Assembly: GCA_946965045.2 (NCBI GenBank) | Contig: OX337228.1 | Span: 3,844,001 to 3,908,000, forward strand | Length of the DNA stretch: 64,000 bases | Direction of reading: 5' to 3' | Source: Epithemia pelagica | Lineage: Eukaryota > Protista > Bacillariophyta | Shown: positions 53,759 through 64,000 of the stretch, in pieces | Numbering within the stretch: position 1 is the stretch's first letter | Layout: every line of letters begins with the position of its first letter | Made by a program: the position numbers and the translations under genes | Notes under the pieces: generated by a model | What the model saw: only the letters and a program-made list of their open reading frames with translations | What the model was told of the DNA's origin: nothing | Databases searched by the model: none

Positions 53759-56700
53759 CTATCCTGCTGCATCACTATCACATTTGTCCTGAAGTTGGCC
53801 GATCTTGTTGATTACATTCTCAACCATTCGTCTGTCCCTTCCCACTTCGGCGTTGCCGTCAAGTCCAATCCATGTTGGGGGACTGTACTCAGGTAATTTG
53901 TCAATCCACTCGACACAAGCATCACGTGATGTACTGTCTGGCATCACTGGTCCATCGGCGGCATCCACGAGCTTGAATTCAACATCAAAACTCCTGGGAG
54001 TGAACAGATACGAGACGAAACCGTCCAGCACTTTTTGGTCCGTTGGTGCAGTGATCCGACCTCCAAACACACCTTTGCATAAAGTGGGTCGAATTGCGTC
54101 CCATGGCAGTTTTTCGGGATCAAGCTGGTCTCTTCCATTTCCTTCCACCAAGGAGTCGATGACATCTAATGCGTGCGATGCATCGGCTTCCGTAAACTCA
54201 TATTTCTCAGTCCATCCTTCTGGAATAAAACGCAGACGTTCCTGGATAACTGCGTGTAACCAACCCAAAAGCAAATACAAACGATTGCGCACTGGAGCGC
54301 CAAAACGATCCTTTGAAATACTTGAAAAGAAGCGCACAATAGAGGACTTGAGTCCAGTTGGGGCCTCGGCAACAACAACGTCACTGATCCGGAGAAGCGC
54401 CGTTGGAAGTTTGGGATTGATTTCACTGGTTATAAAGATCCGGAAATCTTTGTGAGTGTTCAAGCTTAGAGCCTGAAGCTTCTTAACAAGGTTTTCTCGA
54501 ATCCATTCAATACAAAGATGGACATTCTTCAGCATTACCCAATCCCCACGCTTGGCGGCAGAGGCAAGTAGAGTGTCGGCAGTCGTGAACCCTTCGGAGC
54601 TGCCCATAGCAACAGAGGAGAGCCGTTTGTCCAGTTCTGAGGCCATTGATTCCACTCGGCCACTTACGTCATGACCAGGGGCGCTACACAACAAAAGCGG
54701 TACAGTAGGACCAATGTCGGATTCGGCAACCGACGCGAGTTCATTCAAAGCACGCCCCTCCCATGGGAAATGTTCCCCGAAGGAGTCCGTGATCAGAGAA
54801 ACAATATCCGTTGTTGCCTTCACGTCTTCCACTGCAATCTCGCCTTTCCTTAACCGAGCTAGGAGAACGGCGAAGACCTTCTTGTCATCGACCTGAAGGC
54901 CGCGGCCAACTCGAGCCGCGACTTCATGGAATAAACCTTCTTTCAGTGACTCAATTCTTTGGTCTTCACTGGTACTTTCCGTTTCTGATTGCTGATCGAG
55001 TACATGCTCCAGAATAGCAGTAAAAGTCTTTGCCGGAAACTCATAGAGGAAGCTCAGATCTCGGAGAGCTTCGAGGAGTATGAAGATCTTTCTGCAAAGG
55101 GCTGCGAATGGTTCAAATTTTCCAACAGCCTGGTCCACCTGTTTCATTACTTCTGCACTTTTCGCGATTTGTTCCTCAACTTGTGCTCCTTCTTTCATCA
55201 AGACCTCCATCCCTTCCACAACCTTGTCATCGTCCAAAATACTTCCTTCACATGCACTGATTTTTGAAAGCATCTGATCTTCAAGTTCCCTTAGTTTCAC
55301 GTTTTGCTCACCCTGAATCTTCAAAAGAGATGCCCTTTTACTCTCCAATTCCGGTTTCATTGCCTTCACCACATTGCTCAAACTCTGGCTCTCAAGACTG
55401 TCAGGAGTAATTGTGAAGTTCACAAGAGTTACTCGAGAGCACAAATCAGGAGTCAAATGAACTGCAGGGTTCTTTGTCGACAAGATGATATTGAACTTGG
55501 GCGAGTAATCAACTTCTTCCGTTCCAATACGAACCAGGGTACGACCCCCTGTTCTCTGTAGTTCCTTGTTGAGAATAGGGTTCAAAATAGGATCAATGGA
55601 TTCAACGTTCTCTACAAGCAACGTTGTTCCAAAACGCACTGCCCCAGCAAGAGTTTTGGTGAAGGCTTTGTCAAGGAAACTTGTTGTTTGAATCTTCCCA
55701 CTTCGGTGCCTCTTCATCAAAAAGGAAATCGCCTGACCGGACGGATCAATCACGAGCGGAAAGCGTATCGCGTGGTCTAAAACCACCGCGTTCTCGGTGC
55801 TCAACTGGTCATTCGGTAGACCCTCCGACTTCCATGTAAGTCTTTGTGCGGCCGTGCTCAGGTTCTCCACAAGCCCCAAGTCCTCCCTGAAATCAATCCC
55901 AAGATTTTCAAGGGCGTTCTTCCATTCTAACATCATCAACCGCCGGGTTGTGAAATCGAAGAAACCCGCATAGGTAAGAAAGGCAGACATCAAAAGGCCA
56001 TCACCAACAAGACTCTTCATTATGGTTTCAAATGTTTCCGATGATTTGGACCACCGTACGCTCTCCTGTCCTAGACTTTTCAGAAGACTTTCCGCTCGTT
56101 CGATTTTCGTCGTAACGGCTGTCATCTCAGATTTGAGTGCTTCGACGTCCCTGATCAAACTTGCATAGTCTGTCTTGTATTGTGTAATCGAGGCTTCCAG
56201 GCTGGCGACTTCTTCTTCAATGGCATCTTTCTCTTCACGTACAACCATTGCTTCTTCTTCAAGTCTTGCAACTTCTTCTCGCAATGGCTGAATGTTGTTG
56301 AAGATTGTAGAGTACTTGATTTGGCTTTCGGCCCATTTGTAAAGAGGTCCACAGGCTTTGCTACTTCGCATTACACTTTCCGCATTTAGTTCCTCATTCC
56401 CAACAAGGTACTTGTCATTCACGAGCTTTATCTGTTTCGATGTCAGGAGATCGGCGTCAAAGTTCAGAATACTTGGAATGAATTCCGTTTTCGCGAGTAC
56501 TTTCCGAATATCTTTCCAGTCGATACTTTTTTCTCCAAGCATGATTGCAACGCACTCCAGAGTGAGCTTAACGTTATTGGGTGGTTGTTTCAAATTTCTG
56601 ATCTCGTCAAGATCGCGTTTCTTGATGCCACGGACACTTGCTTGGGCGTCCCTTAGAGCTGGTTCGGCTTCATCAAGATCTTTCTGCGCGGCTTCTTTGC

Positions 56701-59700
56701 GCGTGTCGATCTCCTTTTGCTGAGCCTGCACTTCTGCTCCCATTCTTTCTGCTTCCTTCTTTCTTTGTTCGGCAGCATTTTGATCTGCAACCATCTGCTG
56801 TAGCTTGTCGTTGGCGAGAGACTCTTTTTTCCGTAGTTCGGCGGTCTTGATACCCAAACCTTGTTTGAGCTCTGCGACATTGTCTTGTGTTTGACGGAGT
56901 TTGTCAAGGCCTGAGTTTACATGAAGCTGTTCCTCTTCTACCTTGCCTCTTCTATCGTTCAGACACGAAACAAAATTTTGGATGAGTGCGAGGTAGTCTC
57001 GCGGGGAAAGGAAAGTGCGAGTAATGCTGCTGGGTGCCGCAGCTGTTTCGTCGGCCGTGTCTTTCGCGATTTGGTGTATGCGGACCAAAGCGGCTACAAC
57101 GGCGTGGCGGAGCCCAGCTCGTGCTGGCCCTTCAAACGCATCTTCCACAAGTTGCATCATTCCTTCACCACCGTCGCCCCATGATCCTCCCGCAGTTTCT
57201 GTTTCGCCCATGTCCAGCCGCAGCGTAAAGTCTCGACCAACTTCTGCCATGGCCTTTGGGCCCCAAGTGCCGAACCAGTCCACAACGCATCGATTGAAGA
57301 GAGCCGGACTTGTTGTTGAGCGGTTCTTCCAATCACCACCACTGGGATTGACAGTGAACACTGCAAAAAAGTGGAGTTAGACGTGTTGATGGCCGTTGAC
57401 GCGCTCCTTGAGTGTCATACTGGACTTACCGACATGCAAATTTCTTTGTACAACGCTGTAGGTGTGCGGAAAGGAGAAGTTAGACGGTGACCACCACTTT
57501 GCAAAAACAAATAAAAATTCTTACCCTGTGAAATGACGCCAGAGTTCCTCCTCGCTCTCAAGAATAACACCGTCGCGGACTGCACTGTCTCTCACCGCGC
57601 TAATAAGTGCGCTATATTCTTCTCCGTCAAATAATCCCGGAACTTCTCCACTGGCTAGAAGCGCATTAATTGCCTCAATGAAACCCGAGGAAAGAACGTT
57701 TGACTCATCGAATATAAAGCAGACTTTCTCTCCTTCAACTCCGACGCGACGCATGACGCTTCGCAAATCCTCATTAAAATCGTCCATTCCGTACCTGGAA
57801 GAAAGAAAGAAGATAAGCGTCAAAGATGATACAGTATATTGGTGAAGGGAACGTAGCCTACCTTGAGTGAGCCTTAATTTGAAATATATTCAGGCCATTC
57901 ATCCAGCTGACACTGTAGAATGCCAAGAAGAAATCGAGCAAATGTGAGTCGGCTTGTCAAAGAAACAATCACCTCGCATCAAAGAACTTACAATTTAGAA
58001 AGGCACGTTTTACCGGAGCCACTATCACCAACAAGAAGAAGATGCCCCATGGGTTGTCTCAACACCCGATCAATCCTAAGAACATGCTCGAGAACTTCGT
58101 CGAACACCACAAGAGGAACATCAAGTTCTTCCTCATAGAAAACCCGGAGCCGCGCACTGAGGAACCCCCGTAACTCTTCTTTGCCGACATTCTTCGTGTC
58201 CTTACTTAGCCAGGTCGAATAGAACATTGGTCGTTTCAGAGCTATATCAAAATCTACCCCAGCAAACCACCTCTTTGCGACATCATCAACAAGGTCTTTA
58301 CACCATTCTTTGTCGGCATCCTCCACCAGGCGGTCGGCGAACAAACGCAAGCCCTCATGAGCCCAAATCCGAACAAGCTCTTCCCGTGACAAACCAGCAT
58401 CCATGGTGGAAATCGACTCATATATCCCCCTGACCCATCGGCTGAGTTCACGTGGAGAATAGAAGTACTGTGGCTGAATCTCTGTAGTAAACTTTTTCTG
58501 GTTTTCAGTGTAAACCTCGACCATTGACTCAGTAAGAGCATCAGTCTCACCTTTGAGGTGTGGAAAAAGTTTCATCATGCCGCCGTTGAATGTCCCGTAG
58601 ATCTGCATGAGGGAGTCTCTCTCGGGGAAGTCGACCAGTAGAAGAGGAACATGTCTTAGGAAACGATGTGACATTTCGACACGCCCAGCATCTGTCGGAG
58701 GATTACATGCACCAACGAACTGAATTCTATCTATCTTCACCCAGGTATTGTCATTACGCCAAAAGCCTTTATGTTCCACCAATTGGCGCATAAACATGAT
58801 TACACGCTGTGTTCCATACTCATCCTCTTCGGGCAAGTTGATTTCGTCGCAGAACACCACTAACCAACTTTGCGCCCCAAGGCTTTCAGACGGCTCTAAG
58901 TAAATATCTCGCCCTCGACGCACGTACGAGCAGTATTGACTAAACGTCTTCAAAATCAGCTCCGGAGTAGTACGCGAGGAAAAGTTCAGATTTGCTAGAA
59001 CTGCTCCTTGAATAGACTGTAGAACATTGGTGAGTGTCATCGTCTTTCCCGATCCTAAATTCAATTAAACGCGCGATTGTGAGGTTCGCCGAGTAAGGGG
59101 AAAATACCAAGTTCCATAAAAACATACCGGGAGGACCGCACAATACAAGAGGAACTCGTCGATTTAGCCAGCCTGCGAGAATATCCGAATGCCTTACAGT
59201 GTCTGTCGTGGTGATCACGACATCACTTGCTGCAGCACGATGACTTTCGATCTCCATTCGAGGAACAGAGTCACTCCATAACTCGTACTCGCCGTCCTCT
59301 GGTCTGACACGATAGTCGAACAAGCTGGTTTCGCCCGCGTTGGGCACTATGACGCCGCTTGTACGCACAAGCATATCACTGAAGCGCTTTCGGACTTCCC
59401 AAGACGCACTACCACAAAACGACCACATCAAGGAATGGAGAAGCCAACGCTTGGTGAACTTCTCCATGTGTTCACCTGACATAGGGAAATCAGGATGGTT
59501 CTCGTCGTATTCGATTGCAAGGAAAATACCCTGAACAATCAAGGCACGGAATGTTTGGAAAAGACGGTTCCGCGAAGGTTCCATCACATGTTTCTCCTGC
59601 AGAGCAAAATCCAAAGCGTCAACAACAAGAGACGAGGTCCTCTCGCTTACGACCAAGGGCCGGATAGTAGCCAGGAAGGATATTTGTGCTGCTGGAGCAG

Positions 59701-62700
59701 CCTCATCTGAACTTCTGTCTCCCACGAGGTCTTCGTTGGCGAGGGTTCCAAGCATATGCTCGAGGTACATGTCGGGAGAAACGTTGTCCTCATTGAACCA
59801 CACCATGCCACAGCGAGACACAGTTGCTGGTGTTGCGTGTGCCAAACTATCCACCTCCAGGACAATGCGCACATTGTCGGGGATTCCCAAGCGTTCACCC
59901 GATGGAAGAGTCAATAATTTGTTGTCATCGAGAACGGAATTAAGATTCTCCACCCAGTTCGCTGAAAAGAAAAGTTTAAGTGACAAAGAAAATGCGACCA
60001 ACGGAAGAGAGCATGGTATTCCTGCACTTACGATCAACGTCTCCATCGAACACAATCCAGTGTCTCCTATCTGATTCGCCTTTCTGATTATCAATTATAC
60101 GCCGAAGTACACTCGTAAAGATACCATCAGTCCATTCAAGGGTGGTTCCATCTAAGCTTCCATACAGAAGCTCCTTGGAAACAGCTTTGGGATCAATGCT
60201 ATATATTTCACCCTTTGTGCCGTCAATCTTCTCCAAGACCTGAAGTAGGACTTCGATGGCACAGCTTTTCCTGCGGAACGAAAGAGTTAAAAGTAACAAC
60301 TCATAAATCAGACAAAAATGAAAAAATCACGTGACATACGCAGCCGCCAAAAAAAAACTTACCCGACACCCACCGGCCCAACAGTCATGACACCATGGCG
60401 CATTCTGTATCAGGTAGGAAAAGGATGTCAGCGTATATAAGTAACGATAACGACAAAAACACTCGGAACACTTACTCCATGACCTGTTTCAATTGCAATA
60501 TCTTCTGAATGAAAGCTTCAGCTGGGACAAGATTTCTCTCCTTACAAATTTTAATAATCTCTTCTCTTGCTTGTTCATGTTCCATTTTTGCTATCTGTGA
60601 GCCAGGGAATGTTTCACTCAAAACTTCCGCAAACACCGGCATATCTTCAGCCACAAGTTTAGGAATGATATTGTTACAAGCACCCACAATGAGGGCCTTT
60701 TCTTCTTCTTCCGCAAGTTGTTCAAGCGGAAGTTCACCTTTCCCCTCGATAGCTTGGCGCTTTAGCGACCCGGCTGTGACAAGTAAGGTCTTCAACGCTC
60801 GTAACCCGAAGTCATAGTGCCTTTGAGAGGACATGCGCTCCTTGCAGAGTAAGAAAAGACTGACGATTTTCCCAGCCAGTTGCTCGGCAGTAACGATCCC
60901 TTGAGAGTACAGCATCACCTGCGCAATCAAATTGCGATCAGGCACAACCATTGCAAAAGACCTGAATAAGTTTTTCAAATTGTCTGGAAGATTGCTGCGG
61001 CCCTCATAACCAGGGTTCATTGTGATAAAAATCCCAACGTTGTTGTGAAGAGCAATTGAGCGTCCGATCAGTTCTATGTGCGACTTCCGCTCCGCAAGTC
61101 CACGTTGAATTGTCAGAATTTGTTGACTAACTGCACTCAAGATGCGCTCTTCAAGCCGATTGAACTCGTCGAAGCAACCCCAAGCGCCAACTTGGGAGAG
61201 CCCCGCCAAAAGTCTACCCATCGCACTGAAGTCAAATGTTTCGTCGCAATTAAAAACGAGCACGAATCTTCCGAGGGCAGCTCCCAGAGCTTTCACACTC
61301 TCCTGAAATTGAAGAAGTTCTGTTAGCTTCGCTTGAGTTCCCAACCCCCACATAACGAAAGTATTCACTTACGGTCTTTCCTGTACCAGCTGGTCCGAAG
61401 GGTGAGCCTCCAAGTCGGAAGTGAAGCGCCTGTGTTAGGGTCAGATAACACTTGTCTGTCAACGGCGTCTGAACCAACCGTTCACCGATTCCAAGGTACT
61501 CAAAACCGTAGAAGAACTTAGCATTTGACAATGAAACGACAAGTTTTTCGGTGAGCTTCTCCGCCTTTGGGTTATAGTTGTATCGCAAGTGGTATAGCCA
61601 CCTGAAGTCGGACGGATCCGAGACCTGATCTTCAATTAGGCTTCGAACGACGTCACGCTGTCGCACAAGTTCAGTGATGAGCTGTTCGAACTTTTTCCTT
61701 GAGTCCGGAGGAAGCTCCAGAAGAACTGTGTTTGCCATTACCTCCAGCTTCCACTCAAGAACTTTAAGAACTTGCTGAAGAGCGCCTTTTGCATCGCCCT
61801 CGTTCAAACCTCGGTCGACACCCATACTCCAATTGATCTGAGTGGCAAGAATCATTACCTGTGCAGGAAACTTGGATGCCCATTGAACAAATTTGTCTTT
61901 GGTCGTGTCATCAAGCTTGGAATCAGCCACGAAACTGTCCTCAGAAACCGCTTTCTCGAGAAGAATCGCAAGAGTGGATTGCATTTGACTTTCCAAGTTC
62001 TTTAACCAATCTTTAACGCTCGAGTCCGTTTTGATGTCAATAGGCTCAACGAATTCAACAACTTCACCATCTTTTGAAACCATCGCATCTAGCCTCGCCC
62101 GGACACCCTCTGGAAGCTCCCCTTGAACATGGCGTGCACCAGCAATCCCGGCAAACATTTTCCCGACATGTGGGAGGACTTTCCCGGGCTCGCTGGAACC
62201 CATAATTTCCAAAAGATCATCATCCCCAAGGAAGAAAAAGCGACTGAAATCACTTCGCTGTTTGGCTAAGTATTCGCCTAGAGCGCGCTGAATGACTCCC
62301 ATGAGATTCCCAAGCCTTTCTAAGGTTCGCTGTAGATTGTCGATGTTGAGAACCTCCATAGCAAACGGCTTGCTAGCAATTCTTCTCATCAGCGAAATAA
62401 ATTCGGAATCAACACTCTTGAATCGTGACCATTCGGATCTTAATACATGTGACAACGAATAAAAGATGAGACGATCAGTAAACTCAACCAACCAAATCCA
62501 GAGAAGCACAGCTATACTTACGGGAGCTGGGCTTTGATGTCTGATGATCCAAAAAGGATGCCTTCGAGATAAACCCACCGGCGTTGCACATCCACCCAAG
62601 CGTCGAACGCTGCACGGAGTTTGGTAAGGCGATCTTCCCATAGCTTACCTTCCTCCTGAAATTCACGAACGGATCGATAATACGGGCTTGATTTCATCAA

Positions 62701-64000
62701 AGCTAAGCCTCCAATGTGATCATCGAGTGTGGCAAACAAATCATCCCAACCACGAATAAGACGTGTGCGATTCTGGAACAAGACAAGCTCAAGTTCTTGC
62801 TTCGTCCACCGCTCACGAACTTGACCAAGAAACACCTCCAAGGCCATTTCGCCCTGTGCAACAGTTAAGATTTCTGACATATCCTTTTTGCGAGAGAGCA
62901 GCCCATGGTCCCATAAAGTACCCACAGAAAGATCAGAGAAGGGAATTCGTACCCCAAGACGCTGTAGAATAGTCTTCCAATGCCGATCTTTTAGAGCTTC
63001 AGTCTTAAGTTCAGAAAGAAGGCCGTGTCCGGCTATGTAGCCCTTGACGGTTTCGTGCAGCTGGTTGTAAGCATCGTACTGGCGGATCCTATTTGGCAAG
63101 GACCGCATCTCAGCCAGTAGACCATCTAGAGCACTACGAACTTTACGCATGACAGCGGTTGCCCAGGGAGTATCTTTAATAGCTTCGAGCGAGTTGAAAG
63201 GCTGAAGCACGGCATCCCAAACCTCTTTCAAGTCAGCTAGCTCGTTCAGACTCTCAACGACTTCGGTATTTTCAATACCTTGTTCCAATCCAAGAGCATC
63301 CTTTGCTCTGACCAGATTCTCTTGATGAACGTGAGCCTTTTTCAAACTGATCTCGTATTTTGCAAGCGTTTCCAGGGCAGCGGGGGGCGAAACATTCCCG
63401 CGAAGTGGTTTGTCTTCTCTCCATGTCTCGAGAAGTGCCGCAAGCTGCTTTGTTGCCGTCTTGTCCTCTGCCGTGACTCTGGCTTGGAGCAAAGGTATCT
63501 GTTGTTCCATTGTTCGGGTTCGGCGCTCCAAAATTTGCATAAGGCTGTCGTAGAGACCCTTAGCGACACTGACTTCCATCCACTCTGCCGTGAACAAGTA
63601 TCGTTGCTTCCGCAAAAGTTTCTCGGCTACACGAAGCGACTCCAGTTCCTTTGCCCAGGGACCCACCTTCTGCTTTACCTCCTGGACAAATGTTACGCCA
63701 AGAACTATGTTTTCGGTGGCCGCACTGTCCAGAGTGGTTTCTTCAAGCTTGCCCTTAGCCGAAGCTATCTTTTCGTGACAGTCCTCAATACATTGTCCTA
63801 GTATGCTAGCAAACGAGCTTTGCAGCTCTCGTTGCCAAGAGTCATACTTCAGGTTAATCTGTGATTGGACCTTTCCGTAGCGTATCACGATTGGGCCGAA
63901 TTCAGCGACGGTAGCCGACGAGTCCAACGTTGAGCGAGCTTCTGCGGCTTCACGAAGCAAAGATTGCCATTTCTCTACGTCGTTCCCAACAGTTGCGGCG
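53759..64000 (-). CDS. DYNC1H1: Cytoplasmic dynein 1 heavy chain, C-terminal about 3200 aa; multi-exon; 5' part outside the window
   Basis: AAA1 [11 protein letters not shown]3 GPPG/SGKT with [13 protein letters not shown]4 GDSGSGKT, stalk coiled coil, AAA5 [14 protein letters not shown]6 WVMLKNVHL. Confidence 0.96.

Overview
Eukaryotic, gene-dense 64 kb window with short GT-AG introns and bipartite plastid-targeting presequences. It is most consistent with a pennate diatom; the species cannot be assigned from sequence alone. It holds two full-length, roughly 99% identical Ty1/copia (CoDi-like) LTR retrotransposons (551-7609 and 28290-35351), a 5'-truncated RNase H-bearing non-LTR retrotransposon (about 36714-40053, minus strand) and about 17 host genes. 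The host genes are an RNI-like LRR protein, a SAM methyltransferase, TRM1, a trypsin, a PLC-like protein, MMSDH, YME1/FtsH, two FKBP12 paralogs, VTI1, a UGT, a membrane LRR protein, plastid HU, plastid uS15, an ABC-F protein, an amidohydrolase and the C-terminal part of cytoplasmic dynein heavy chain. The most unusual signal is in the LTR element, where both copies share three features. (i) gag and pol are in the same frame, separated by one UGA that is followed after 6 nt by an extended stem-loop of about 20 bp, suggesting programmed read-through. (ii) The primer-binding site is the exact complement of tRNA positions 27-40 of an Ile-type (G/I-A-U) anticodon arm, suggesting half-tRNA-Ile priming. 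(iii) A tRNA-derived module with perfect Pol III A and B boxes sits 24 nt behind the 5' LTR, with no T4 run until a T6 about 250 nt later, suggesting an element-encoded Pol III ncRNA. All functional interpretations are inferences; no database searches or folding programs were run.
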